Shown: positions 32,966-46,589, counted from the whole stretch's first letter. The stretch is DNA of 63,997 nucleotides, filler included, from Cercozoa sp. M6MM (GCA_040357565.1; 11 parts of 11 records of this genome joined end to end with filler, not necessarily neighbours in it), one strand, 5' to 3'. Translations and numbers: made by a program. The notes: generated from the letters alone by a model not told the origin.

Positions 32966-33884
32966 TGTTATGTTACAGCATGAACTACTGTATCCGCGCG
33001 GAAGCAACCCTACAACTTAAGAGAGGTGTGGAAGTTTTGACGTGTGTTCGCTGGGAAGCCTTGAGCAAGCTTTTTGAAGCTGAACTCAACGAAGGGCTCT
33101 CTCTCGACCAGCAGCCCTTCTTCTTTTCTTTACTTCACGCCAACTCAAGTACTTCTGAATCCTCACTACTCAGTTCACGACTTTCCGTCAAGGACCCTTT
33201 TTACTGACTTTCCTTTCTCAGTTTTTACAGTTACCATCTGACGGGTGCCTTTCCCGTCCACCACCAGTGCTTTGCCGCCCAACCGAACCGTTGGGGTAAC
33301 TCACTCTTTCTAACTGACACTTGGCCACTCTCGTCTACCTCCAAGAACAGACTTTCTTACGTTCCTTCGTTTTTTTTTGTATCACTGGCAAAGTAAATTT
33401 ACCCTCAATTTACCGTACCAAGGCCTGATCCCTAATCTGAGAGGGCTGCGGGAACAGTTACGGCATGGAAACCAGTAACTAAGGTATGGAAGACGTCAGT
33501 TAGAAGGGGTCGATGCGGAGGATTAGAAGACTATCCTTGTAGAAAAGGTCGTCGAAAGCTCGAAGGCTTGTTGATGGCCATTGAAAAACAGCCCAAGCAC
33601 TATCACGGCAGAACGTATCAAGTGCGAAGGGATAAGAGCTCCGTAGGAAGCTGGAGAAGAGAAAGAGATACCTGCAGTCAAAGTGCGTTAGAAAGCTTGA
33701 CCCAAGCTAAGAAGTCAGGTCTGCACAACACTTGACAATGCAAGGTAGAAGCCTCAGGATGTAATGCAGGAGATACCTAGCAAAACACATCCTTCACTAT
33801 TCCATACTGGTTCAGATTTGATCGTCCGCGCTGACGAATAGTCAGATGATAACTTGACTGGTCGAGAAACGCTATGCCGTAACA
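32966..33884 (-). mobile_element. Repeat family B full copy (about 430 bp net), TSD CTAA, with family A inserted in its terminus
   Basis: CTAA at 32962-32965 and 33885-33888. After removing A, the ends are TGTTACGGCAT...ATGCCGTAACA (11-bp inverted repeat). Confidence 0.9.
32971..33456 (+). mobile_element. Repeat family A copy, TSD GTTA
   Basis: TGTTACAGCA...GCTGCGGGAACA; GTTA at 32967-32970 and 33457-33460. Confidence 0.92.
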
Positions 33885-33942
33885 CTAAACTAAGTGCTTG
33901 AAACGGCGCGGAAAGTACTGTAACTGTGGGAAACTGTACCAC

Positions 33943-35255
33943 TTAGGCCTCCAAATCGAACGCAACCGTATGAGCTTCCCAGGAGTCGAGATCAAGCAGC
34001 ACAAGCTGGCCTGCGTTATTAACAAACATGGCCACTCACAGGCACACGAGAATGTACTTAGCTAAATACCCGTCTGCGAAAAGTCCGGCACGCACACGCA
34101 CAGCGTTTCCGTCTCCTGAGCGAGCGAAAAGTATGCACCAGTCTGTGATGGCACGTGCATGTACGGTACCCCCTTCTTAGCATGCGCGTAGATATTGTCG
34201 CCTCCGCCGCGACCATGTACGACACGTCTGAGAAACACACCAAATACATCAGAAACAACACGCCCGGGGGGGGGGGGGGGGGTCGCCGTACTTGTAAGCG
34301 AATTTCTTGGCACACCCGGCGAACATAACTATGCATACGAGCAGATACACACAGATACACAGACACACATAGAAACACACAGACACAGACACATACACAC
34401 ATAGACACACAGACACACAAGATACAGACACACACACACACACACACCAAACGAAGGTATTCGTTGTACCATGTGGCGCACGTCGCAACAGGAAGGGATC
34501 ACTGCCGGTGTCGATAGGTGCGGCACTTTCCATATCGCCAGCGACAGGCGAGATGCACTGCGAGGTGCACAGTGTGCCCAGCACGTCAATATCGTGCTCT
34601 ATTCGCAGACAAGGTTGTCCACACTGCATTGGGCAGGCAACGCGTGAATACACTGACGATACCAAAGGTACACGCCTTTCGCATCGACACGAGATTTGAA
34701 CCGCCTGTTCCTGCAGCCGAATACGCATAGTTGGTTAACCGTGTGCCTGGACGAGTACCAAGTAAGACGGTGCCGTCGACGGAGATTTCGTGTGGATCAG
34801 AGGCACGTGTCAAGCCACTGTGCACGCGTGGAGGTGAGGTGAACAAGAGCAAAGCATAACACGTGCCAGGTTAGGTACGCTAATTGGGATGACAACGGAA
34901 AAAATGCAGCGTGCAGCGGTGGTCGCGGCATGGCCTACGGGCGGGAGGAGGGAGGAACATGGAAAGGGTATAGTTTGAGATTACAGTTTGCAGGGACACA
35001 GCGCATGTACCACATTGCTGGGGTCAGTCTCGCCAGGAATCAAATCGACCGGCACGGCGAGTGCCAACTGCGCCAGCAACGCGTCCAGCAGCGAGAGCGA
35101 CTTGACCACGTCTGAGGAAGGATAGTCAGGGTTAGGGCGTAGGTAGGTAGGGATATGATGTTAAGAATTTGGGAGCGTCTACCACGCCGCTGCAGTCGGT
35201 CGCGAGTCTTCAAGTCACGCGGGTCTAACTCACTGCAGGGTGCAGAGCAGTAGAG

Positions 35256-35296
<41 letters not shown>

Positions 35297-36662
35297 CAAC
35301 TGAGCACCTGTCGACAACAGAGTCACCAGCGATTATGACGCGGCACACTTGACCTATGCACAGACCCTTGTCAAGATACTGATAGGGTGGGTATCCGGAG
35401 GCTACCGATTTCTTCGTCCTCCTCATCAGCCAGTCCAACAAGGTAGTCCACAAGTAGATCGACGGCATTGCCTTAACACAGTCATACCGTCCAACTGGAC
35501 ACGTAGCGGTGCACACGAGGTACCATGCGACGCGTTCGGCGACAGTCGCAGACCGCTCACAAACGCGACCAATCGCTTGTTCTTGCTTCCTGTTATTGAC
35601 AAAGTGCCAACATTGCCCATGGTATAGACTGACCTGATCAAGAAAGAGAACACACCCAGCGACGGCGCAGGTGCAGTCGACAGAGGTGCGGGTCTAACCC
35701 AGTCGCGCACCTGTAGCACCGAGTTCTCTCCTAGGTGGCCCAGCACTGCAATCACCTGCGCACCCAACTGACAGATACCCACATGCCGATATTCATACAC
35801 ACGCACAACCGACCTCGCCAGTGACGTGATGACCCAAAACGAGACCCTGCTGTCGCGATCCGTCCTCTGCCCACGCGAGTGTGTGCCACTGGCCCACTTA
35901 TGTTGGTAGATGAAAGGTACCGTTGGTGTCGCCCATGTCACCGGTGGTACTCAGCACAATACGTCCACTACGACAACACCAACTCAATCATAAACGACAG
36001 ACCTACTCAAAACGAAACACACACACACACACACACACCTTGAGTCTTCGAGGTAGAGTCGGTCAGCATCGTGTACAAGCGGACCGTCCTGCGGCACCTC
36101 TTTCAGGGGCGCAAAGCCCTGTGACCGCAACACACCTCGCGTGTATATGGCACGCACACTGTCCTGGATTGCGTACCTCGTCAAAGTCAGCGAGAACATC
36201 ACGTCGCAGCTGGAGCTTTTTGAAAGTTATGCCCTGCGCAACGATGCACATCGCATAGGCTCATTGAGGGGATGCTGGACATACCACAAAAATGTGGGTG
36301 CCAGTGCCGTGCTGCGCTTTACCCAGTGTTTGAGCCACAGGCACATTCGGCCATCTGCAGGCAGACAAACAATTGTCTTAGACTGCGACAGCTTTTTAGT
36401 GAGACATACCGCTTCCGCGCGGAGAGCAGTGCTGCTGGACGCAACTCTTCCAGACGCGTGAGAAACAAGCGGCCGTATTGTCCTGCTAGAAAATAACTAC
36501 GTCTCTTTCATTTCTTATTGGATTAATGCACCTCGAAACGACAGATCAACGCCAAGATGAGCTTGCTCTCCGGGCACGACCGATTCAACTACAACAATTC
36601 CATCGAAACATCGTATTCAACCACTGCAAATGCAACAGATTTGCACCTTCGACTCGCTGCAT
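33943..36662 (-). CDS. POLD2: DNA polymerase delta small subunit (Pol31), multi-exon
   Basis: GQYGRLFLTRLEELRP; DRLYLEDS; AFVSGL; RVIIAGDSV; LDALLAQLALAVPVDLIPGETDPSN; DPFLLRRAPHVMFAG; VCVPDFSQTGQLVLLDLDS. Confidence 0.92.
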
Positions 36663-36925
36663 AGTGTAAAAATGGCGCCAACTAGCTACTTTCGTGATTC
36701 TGGCACCAATAACACACTTCACTAAACAGAGCCACTATCGGACGCGGAACCGATGGCTCTGAGTTGCCTGGTACTATTATTTTTCTTCTATCGGCTCACG
36801 GCTGCCTTTGAGTCAGCAAGGAAATACGCTCGTCGCGTCTCCGTGGCGTATCACCGTGCGAGCTCCCGTCTTGTTGTGCGTGTACACCGCCCTGTAGGTC
36901 TGTGCGTGAGCGTTTTCGTTTTTTT

Positions 36926-38439
36926 ATGGGACGCAAGACCAAGACGGCCAAGGGCCGCCTGGACAAATACTACTACCTGGCCAAGGAACAAGGCTACCGC
37001 TCGCGTGCCGCGTTCAAGCTCATCCAGGTGAGACCCAATCAGTCAATGCATGGGTTCATTGGAATGGATATTATTTGTTTCTGGGTTTCGTTTTTGTGTA
37101 GATTAACCGCAAGTTTAACATTCTCAAGGATGCCAAGGTAGTCCCTTTTCTTCAACTTTTCGACACCGACACGCGTTACGATGAATTAATCTGCACAGGC
37201 GGTGGTCGATCTGTGTGCCGCGCCTGGTGGTTGGATGCAGGTTTGCGAGAAGACTCTGCCTCGCGAGAGTTTGATTATTGGTACAATAGTTGTTTCTAAT
37301 CGGCGTGTAGGTTTATAATTGTGTGTGTGTGTGCGAGCAGGCGTTGATCTCGTCCCGATCAAGAAGATCGCCAACACCATCGCTTTGCAGGGTACCCCCC
37401 CCCCCCCCCCGTTGTCTCTGTTTTCGAGTATGTGTGTCTGCCTTTTGACAGAGGACATCACGACGCAACGCTGCCGTACGCAGTTGCGACGTGAACTGCA
37501 GGGTACCACATCTCTTGCACTCGTTTTTAACCTTTATTTCCAGAATCATATGATCCCATCATGTAGGCTGGACGGTTGACGTTGTGCTGAACGACGGTGC
37601 CCCGAACGTCGGCGGTGCCTGGGATGTGGATGCGCACGTGCAGGTGGCGCTATCGTTGCACGCACTTCACCTGGCGTGCGACATGCTAAAGCCGGGAGGC
37701 CACTTCGTGAGCAAGGTCTTCCGATCCAAGGATTACAACTCCTTCCTCTGGGCGTGCCAGCAGTTCTTCAAGAAGGTAACGGCCTGCTCCGAACGTCCTT
37801 GTTTGTTGAGGGCATCTGTACCGTTTTTGCAGGTTACTCCGTTCAAGCCGCCGTCTTCGCGTGCTGCGTCGGCTGAGATCTTCCTGGTACCTTGACTTTG
37901 CCCTCTTCCGCTATCCGTTACTGTATCACACAGGTGTGCGAGGGATACTTGGCGCCCAAGAAGATTGATCAGCGTTTGTTCGACCCAAAGCATGTGTTCG
38001 CTGGTGCCCTGCCCTCCTTGTGTCGCGTGTGCTTGTTTTTGTGCATCTGCGATGTGTACTTATGACCCACAACAGATGTGGCCGACGCTGTTGGCTCCCA
38101 GGCTGCGCTCACCGCCGCCGTCATGGACGCCAATCAGGTACGCGCCTTGCCTCACCTGGACTTGTTTTGTTTTCTATGTGAGTCTCTGTGTGACCGGTCG
38201 TACAGGACGACGCAGTAGCGGACGCACCGGCTGCCTCGCTGCAGAAGATGCTGCGCATGCGCGAACGCAAACGCGCCAACCGTGCCGGTTATGCCAACAC
38301 GTAATTTTTGGCACAGTTTCCTGTGGCTGGTCTGGCAGGTGCATATTTACCGCATGTCTCAGTGACGGCGGCCTCATCGATGAAACGGCGTCGCTTGCGC
38401 AACTGGTACACACGTTTACTACGTGTGTGCTATGGACAA

Positions 38440-38488
<49 letters not shown>

Positions 38489-38498
38489 NNNNNNNNNN

Positions 38499-38547
<49 letters not shown>

Positions 38548-41523
38548 CAGGCACTGGCGCGTGACCCGGTCGCCGTGCTAGCACGGTACACGCGCATCTC
38601 GACGCAGGTCGACGATGTGCCCGAATTCGTATGGAAGAGCGACGACGGTGCCGACAAGGCCAAGGCGCTGCTGAACGAGGATCTGCGCGATGCGTGCGCC
38701 GACCTGAAGCAGTGCTCGCAGACGGTAGCCTTCTATACACAATCTATTTTGCTGCCTCTTCCCATGCTCTCCTTCATCTACCCGTGGTCTGGTGTCTGTG
38801 TGTACAGGACATGAAGAAGCTGCTGAAACTGCGTGCCAAGCTGCGCAAGCTGCTCGTGGTTCCTGAGGTATTCTACCCTCCCTACACAACTTCCTCCATA
38901 CGAGCCTACGTCTTACCCCCTGTGTAGGGTGCCATGACTGCCGTGGAACGTGCGGACCTGCAGAAGCAACGCAAGCGTGTACACCAGCATATCGCGTCTT
39001 TGCTTGTATAAGCACAAAATATGTGTGAAATGTGTGGCAAAAACAGGCGCAGGAGGAGCAGGGGGTGACGGAGCAGATGGATTCTGAGGACGAGCTGCGC
39101 CAGGTTGAGGTAGTGTTCACCCTGATAGACCTCTCCCTCATTACACTCGTGTTGCTGTCTCAACAGGAAATGCTCTCTAAGGCGACACTTAAGGCAAAGC
39201 GGCGCGCGCACAAGCTCAAGCAGAAGCAAGTGCCCTCTCCTCTATGCGATTCTTCTGTACCTTGGTGTATCCATGTCTCTGTCTCTGTCTTTGGTAGAGA
39301 CAACGTGCTCTGGTGTCGGGCTTGGCTGCTGTCGGTGCCGAGGTAATTTGTTGACGCAGTCAGGCGTGTCTGTCCTGCTTGAATAGTACCCTCTTGTGCG
39401 TGTTTGAAGGAACTCGAGGAGGACCAAGAGCTCTTTACTGGCCTTGCTGGTCGCATACTCACCGGAGGTATCTTGTTTTGGCTCCTTTTGTTGGCCGACT
39501 CTCCCTTTGTGACTGTGTACTGCATGTTGTGGAACAGACGGGGAGAGCACGCAGAAGATGCAAGTCGATTCGGATGAGGCAGCTTTGCTCCAACCTCGCT
39601 AGGTTTTACCATCCATTATGTACATTTGCTGTGTCCTTTTAGCAGGAGGTCGACGAGTTCTACGCCCCTGTGCGTCACGACCACGAGACGTACGGCTTTT
39701 TGCTTTTGCGTTGCTGGCCTGTGATTTTCCTGTGTGCTAGTAGGGATGACGACAGTGACAACGATCTCGCCTACCTCGGTCAGGTCGATGATGAGCTCGC
39801 GCTGAGTTACCGCATGTACGCCGCTCGCACTGGACGCAGGTAGGCCTCTCTCACACCTCATTCCGCTCTTGGTTTCACCATGCATTCAGTCGCCGTGAGC
39901 GCAAGCGCATCGCACAGCTCGGTATGGACCGCGACAACACCGGCATCGAAACTGGCACTGAAGCCGGCACCGAGGCCAGCACCGTAACTGCCCGCTCCCA
40001 TTTAACGTTGTCCCTGCTCCATTTGACCAGTGTTTCACTGCAGATGACCGAGGAAGAGCGTCTGCGTGCCTTTGCGGAAGGTAAGGATGGAGACGAAGAG
40101 TTCCTGCCCTTCCGCAAGCAGAAGGCGCTGGCGAGACAGACGCGCGTACCTTAATCTTAATATCTTTCGGAAATGCTCATGTCTTTTTGTGAATCTCGAC
40201 TTGCACAGTCTCGACGTCGACGTATCGAGTACGAGGAGGTCCAAAAAGGTACCCGCTGATTAGTGTATATAGCGTATACTTTAATATAAAGATGGCATAT
40301 AATTTGCAAACAGGCCTGCGTGCTGCCTCTGCCATGGGTGTCTCGGTGGACAACGACGACGCTGACGTCAGTGGCACTGCCGAGCAACGCCGTGCGCAGA
40401 AGGAGATGATGCAGACGGTGCCGCTGCCTTGGATCATGTGCTATCTTCGTGTGCGTTCTGATGTGCTCTCATTAGGTCAACGACGGTATTGATTTCGAGA
40501 CAGCGCCTGCCGAAGAGGACTACTCATCGGACGAGGATGAAGGTACCCTCCATACCCCCATCTTTTTACGTTACCCGGTCTTTTATTCAGACGCCGTGGC
40601 CGAGCGACTGGCTGTCGCTCAGGCGATGCTGCGCAAGCGAGGCCGGCAGGTACTGCTCGCCCTACCAGAACGTGGGCAGGTGTCTCATAGGAATTGTTTT
40701 TGCTACAACACGCAGGAGATCATGGACGGTGCCTACAACCGTTATGCGTTCGCTCAGGAGGATCTGCCGGCCTGGTATTCATCCCAGTGTCTTTTGGTTT
40801 GTGTATCCGTGTGTGTTGATATCTCGTATTTTTTGTAGGTTTGTGGCAGATGAAGAGAGACACTCGCGCGCTGCGGTAACTTGACACGAGCGTGGGATTG
40901 CTGGGCAGGTGTGGCAGCCATGTCGTATCTTTGTGTTTAATTGTAGCTGCCAGTGACGCGAGCTGAAGTCGGCGCTGCCAAGCAAAGATTGCGGTACTTG
41001 GTTTACATCCCTCTGCACTGGGAAGCAAGTTTGTGTCCAGAGCCATCAATGCGCGGCCAGCCACCAAGGCGCTCGAGGCCAAGGCGCGTCGCAAGTTGCG
41101 AGCCATGCGACAGTTTAACAAACTGAAGGTATTTCAATCCCATCGCCTTCATGACATGAGATCACTAACCACCTGACTGGATTGGCAGAGTCACGCCGAG
41201 GCCGTTCTCAACAGCAACGAGATGAGCGCCGCCGACAAGCTCAAGGTGATCAAGAAGATGTACGCCAAGAAGAAGGCCCACCAAAAACAGAAGGGTACGT
41301 TTCTGCTTTCGTTGACTAAAAGACTGGAGCCCCACACTCATGTCATTGTGTACATGCAGGCAAGTTCTACGTGGTCAACAAGAAGAGCGGTGGCAGCGGT
41401 ACTGCCGGCAAGCCTTCGGGCAGTCGCACCGTGCTCGTGGACAAGCGCCTCCGCAATGACAAGCGTGCCGAACGACGCGCTGCCAAGCGGAAGAGCAAGG
41501 GTGGTCGCCGGCGCCGTCGCTAA
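36926..41523 (+). CDS. FTSJ3: Pre-rRNA 2'-O-ribose methyltransferase Spb1/FTSJ3, complete, about 32 exons
   Basis: [34 protein letters not shown]; [12 protein letters not shown]; [10 protein letters not shown]; [11 protein letters not shown]; [13 protein letters not shown]; C-terminal YNRYAF..DLPAWF, INARP..K.LEAKAR and [10 protein letters not shown]. Confidence 0.97.
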
Positions 41524-41631
41524 AATGGCTTCAAACTGAAATCATGATGACTCGACTTCGCGATTCGTTTCATTTTGATTGTGTTTTTTGACGTGTTACT
41601 TCTTTTCGACCGACCGAATAGTCACGGTGTT

Positions 41632-42677
41632 TGTTACGGCATAGCGTTTCTCAATCAAGTTATCATCTGACTGCTTGTTACAGCATAAACTACTGTATCC
41701 GCGCGGAAGCAACCCAACAACTTAAAAAAATCCTCAAAAGAGGTGTGGAAGATTTTGACGTGTGTTCGCTGGTATCCTGACCTACTGAGAGCTTCAGTCC
41801 AGACTGTGGAACACCTGTGTTTGAGTAGGGAAGCCTTGAGCAAGATTTTTGCAGCTGAACTCAAAGAAGGGCTCTCTCTCGACCAGGTAATCTGATCTCT
41901 CCAGGACCAGTTGTCTTCGCTTCTACCTGTCCTCTGCCTTTCCAGGGGCCCTTCTTTTCTTTACTTCCAACCCAAGTACTTCTGAATCCTCACTACTCAG
42001 TTCTCACGGCGCCTTTCCGTCTCAAGGACCCTTTATACTGACTGTCCTTTCTACAGTTTCCATCTGACGGGTGACTGTCCCGTCCACCACAAGTGCTTTG
42101 CCGCCCAACTGAACCGTTGGGGTAACTCACTCTTTCAAACTGACACTTGGCCACTCTTCCTCCAAGAACAGACTTTATTACGTTCCTTAGTTTTTTTTGT
42201 ATCACTGGCAAAGTACCCTTAGTTTACCAAGGCCTGATCCCTATCTGAGAGGGCTGCGGTAACATGCTCGTCAGCGCGGAAGATCAAATCTAAACCATTA
42301 TGGTTAATAGTGAAGGATTTGTTTTGCTAGGTATCTCCTACATTACATCCTGAGGCTTCTAGAACTTGCATTGTCAAGTGTTGTGCAGACCTGACTTCTT
42401 AGCTTGGGCCAAGCTTTCTACAGCTCACGCACTTTGACTGCAGGTATCTCATCTCCAGCTTCCTACGGAGCTCTTGTCCCTTCGCACTTGATACGTTCTG
42501 CCATGATAGTGCTTGGGCTGTTTTTTTTTCAATTGCCATCAACAAGTCGAGCTTTCGACGACCTTTTCTACAAGGGTACGTCTTCTATCCTCTGCATCGA
42601 CGCCATTCTAACTGACGTTTTTCTTCCTTTATTTGGTCGTCTTCAATACCTTAGTTACTGGTTTCCATACCGGAACA
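41632..42677 (+). mobile_element. Repeat family B copy interrupted by family A
   Basis: TGTTACGGCAT...ATACCGGAACA; reverse-complement match to 33457-33884. Its own TSD is not clean. Confidence 0.88.
41676..42264 (+). mobile_element. Repeat family A longest copy (589 bp), TSD TGCT
   Basis: TGTTACAGCA...GCTGCGGTAACA; TGCT at 41672-41675 and 42265-42268. Confidence 0.93.
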
Positions 42678-42821
42678 TATATTTATTAGTCAGTTTAAAC
42701 AAATGTCACTTCACGCAGCGCGCGTTCGGATGACACTGGTATCATCATTTGATCCAACAAAACATCATTTTGTGTGAGAGTTCTCTACCGCCGTGTGTTA
42801 TCATCGTGTGCTACCACTGCT

Positions 42822-43870
42822 ATGTTTAAGCAAGGGAGTGAGGTTTTTCGGAAGTTCGTGCGCCCCAAAGCTCGCTTCGAGAAAGAAGCGTATGCAGATC
42901 ATGTAGCACGCAGGTGTACTGCTCAGGCTGTTGTTCGTGTTTGCAGTCGGGAGATGCTGTCGCGTGGGTTTTATCCTGAAAAGGCCGAAGCGAAAACTGT
43001 GGTAAATTTATGTTTTTCGTTGTTGCTCCTTCAGCCTGGCTTGCTTTGATAGCCACTTTGCTTCTCTGCGAATGCTTCGTCCTGCAGACAGATGGGAAGG
43101 GCGTCTTACAATGCTCGGACTGCGATCGAAAAGTGTGGATCGCGCTTGTGGCGGGTTTTGGGTGGAATTCGTAAACTGTCACTTGTTTGAGGGCGAGGCG
43201 AAGGCGACGAGAGCGCAGCTCCGATTACTGTTGAGGAGGTGCTCGCATTCAGCCTGCCCACGGTCAAGGACAAGCGCCCCGGAAACTCCAGTGAATATTT
43301 AGGATGCGGTGGTCAGTTCGTACACCTCATGCGTGACGGTCGGTGACTGGACTCGGTGACTGGACTCGACGAAATTCTTGCGACAATCATGTCATCAAAG
43401 AAAGGGTGCCCGGCTTTTCTTCTTCCCGTCGATCAGGTGTACATTGCGCCAGGTTATTTTGGACAACGCTGTCATGACTGAGATTGATGAACCTGGAGCA
43501 AGCTGCTGGTTTGTCGAAAACGCAAGCTGAAAACCACATTGCGTCTAACTCTGTTGCAGAACAAAGTAAGGTGCTACAAACGATGGTTTTTCGTCTCACT
43601 TCTCTTTTCCCTAGCTGTCCTTCCCTGTTGTACAGCAATTCTTCCAGGAACCGTCTTTCGGTGCCTTTACGCCACGTTTGTACTTGTCCACGCTTCTCTA
43701 GTGAACCAAGACGTTCTAAACTTATTGGACGAGCGTGAGCGTCTGTTGTCTATCGTCGCAGGCGATAAGCATGCCATGCCGTCAAGGTGTCCGGTCACAT
43801 TGCGTCGCGCTTTTTAGTTGATACGTTCTAGCATGTATGCATATTGGCTGTCCACACCAAGGCTAAACGT
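42822..43870 (+). CDS. Hypothetical multi-exon gene, possibly disrupted
   Basis: Exon-like frames (MFKQGSEVFRKFVRPKARFEKEAYADHVAR...) separated by GT-AG segments; 13-bp tandem duplication at 43340-43366. Confidence 0.35.
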
Positions 43871-44282
43871 CGTCGTCCACGCGCCACTGCTGCTCGTGTC
43901 GACTGACTTAACTGAAATTGCAATTGCGGTTGCTTCGCTTAATTAAACTTAGTTCTATTTTTTGGTTGTAAAACTACAGCAGAAACCCTAAAAACTCAGT
44001 AAATCCAACGTAAAAGCACAGTATTTTCTCAGTAATGCTGCTCGTCGCGTTTACTGTAATTTTACTCCGAAATTACTTCGTGTAATAAGTATAATCCTGA
44101 GTAAATATACACCGTAATTTCGAAACCCGACCTTTGTTCGTGTTCTCGGGAGCATGCTCGGGTTGAACGACGTTAGGGACGCTACGTGGTTTAGTTTGCG
44201 TTAGTTTTAAACTTAATAATGTACGGTAGACCGGGGGTTGGAACGACAAAGTCGAACGGAAACCACAGCAACTTGGCGGATG

Positions 44283-45133
44283 TTAGTCGCGGTCGCGGTC
44301 ACGAGAGCGCTGCTGCGGCTGCTGTTGCTGCTGCATCGGCACATAGGCAGGCATGCTGCCATACTGCGCGTGCATCATCAACTGTTGTTGCTCAAACGCA
44401 CGTAGTGTGTGACGGAAAAATCTACGTAACAACGCGTACCTGCATCTGTTGCTGCTGCTGCGGTGTCATCTGACGCAACTGGGCAAGCGGGATAAAGCCT
44501 CCCGGGTGCGCCATTGCATGCATTGGGTGCGCCAGGGCGTGCATCGGCGCCATCATCATCGGCATCGGCATCTGCACAATTGGACAAAATCATGTGAACG
44601 CGCCTGAGGTATAACTTGACTACCTGCGACATGTGCTGCGGCAGCGGAGCAAAGCTCTGTGGTGTAAACTCCGCGGCGTTTGGGTCAAATTTGAACTCCG
44701 CCGCATTCGGGTCCAACATGTACTGCTCTTCCTCGTCGTACTTGCTCTTCTTAGGCTGCTGACACGTATTCGACATCAAGAATAACAACCGACAGGTGAA
44801 GAAAAACGGGGGATGAACGCGTACCTTTTTCTTGCTCTTGCCTTTGGCCCCGAACTTCTTGTCGTGCTGCACATTAAAACATACAGAGGCAAGTTGACCC
44901 AGCAAAACCGACCATACCTTGTCTTTGCGACGACGCGACGAGCGACGAGCGGTTTCGTCATTGTCATCAGTCGCGCTGCGACTGCCGTCGTTGTCATCGT
45001 TGTTTTTGGGGCTCGTCGGGGTCTTCGGCTTGTTTTTGTTCAAAGCAGCCAGGTAGCTGCCCTGTTTCTTGCCACTTGCCGCCGCCTTGGCAATTCCACT
45101 TTCAGCTCCAGGCGCAACCGCCTAATGAGTGAG

Positions 45134-45177
<44 letters not shown>

Positions 45178-46589
45178 CACACACACAACACACACAACAC
45201 ACACACACACACAACACACACACACGCACACAGACACAGACACAGACACAGACACAGACACAGACACAGACACACACACACAGACACAGACACAGACACG
45301 CCATTAACTAAGAGAATAATAGCGAAGTACAGAAAAGAGCGCGTCTTCGGAAGCAGCGACCTGCGTTTCCACATCGTCACGCACAGTGCGATCCGCTGCC
45401 AGGGCAATGTGCGCTTTCGAAGAGTCCTTTGACAGAACGGCGCGCTCGACCTGCATGACAACGCGGATGCACCATTTCGCACACAAAAAAGAGATGCGTA
45501 CCTGCTCGGCAAATTGAGAGTGCTGCTTGAAATGATCCGACTCACGGTCAATCACCGAGGTGTAGTCGCCTGTAAAAGCACGAATCAAATGCATTGAATG
45601 TGGCCACTCGCCTGGTGAACGAACCTTCAGGAAACTGCGCGTCGATGCCGAACTTGTCGCGATTCGCAGCAAACTGGTCCGTTTTGCGCAGGCGGCGCGA
45701 GTGGCGCGCCTAAGCACTCTCACACTAGGTAAAAATCAAACAATATCCATGCCACAAGCGTTTACCTCCTCGTCCAAGTCCACAAGTTGCGAGTCGTCGT
45801 CGGCCGAAAGGAACGGCTGCAACTCGCGCTCAGTGCTACTGTATTAAGATACGAACACGACCACAGAGACGGACACAAACATTCATATGGATATTACCTG
45901 CCGACGCTCGCGGTATCAAGACGCCGAGCGATTTCGGAATCTGTTTGAACTTTGCCGTTCTTGCTGCAAACAAAAAATAACGCTTTCAATATCAGTGTTG
46001 CTGGGACGAGTGTATTACGCCGATTTGGACTTCGGCCAGCGCGTACTGCCAGAGTTTCCGCTGTTTCGGCTGAGACGATGCGTTGGGATACCGCTCACCT
46101 AATTACATAAGTGACATCATTAGCAGACACCAAACAAAAAAAAAAAACACAAATACGAGAAAATGTACAGAAGCAACAAGAATCTCGCTGGAGTCGAGTG
46201 ATAGCGCCTGTTGCATGCGTTCACACTCCGCTACGAGCTTTTCGTAGTGAAGTTGCGCCGGCGGCTCACCCTACACCCCAAAAAATACGCTTCAAAAACC
46301 AGCAGAACCAATTGGTGGGTACCGCGCGCAACTCAACCTTCGGACGAAGGATTTTCAGCTTCATCACAGGCTGGCCGGGTTTCAGGCTCTCAGCACCAGC
46401 GAAGAATCCCGAAAGGCGAGTACCATCTCGCATCTACAACACAAACAAGATACAAACAATTTAACTGGAAAAACACACAACTACCTCGATTCGCACCGGG
46501 CTTCCGCGCGATGCAGTTAATGCCCACACAAGCGGATCTGGGGGAGTCGTTGCCTCGCCTTCCGCGGAGCTCTTGTTCGACCCGCTCAT
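44283..46589 (-). CDS. ATXN2: Ataxin-2/Pbp1 homologue (Lsm, LsmAD, PAM2, Q/P/M-rich tail)
   Basis: Lsm VRIEMRDGTRLSGFF; QTDSEI; RELQPF; LsmAD DQFAANRDKFGI...DYTSVID....EDALFS; PAM2 LDPNAAEFKFDPNAAEFTP. Confidence 0.88.

Noticed and set aside
32965-33207. Short ORFs within families A, B and C (also 25415, 41655, 42404, 53630)
   Set aside because: Frames are not conserved between copies; no transposase, integrase or RT motifs.
34580-34680. Apparent in-frame TAG in POLD2 suggesting stop-codon reassignment
   Set aside because: A downstream donor (TTT G|GTATCG) restores the frame (KACTFEHDIDVL). Genes in the window end normally in TAA, TAG and TGA.
39564-39645. Possible GC-AG intron in SPB1
   Set aside because: A canonical donor (CAA|GTCGAT) in the same frame also works; the local exon structure cannot be resolved by eye.
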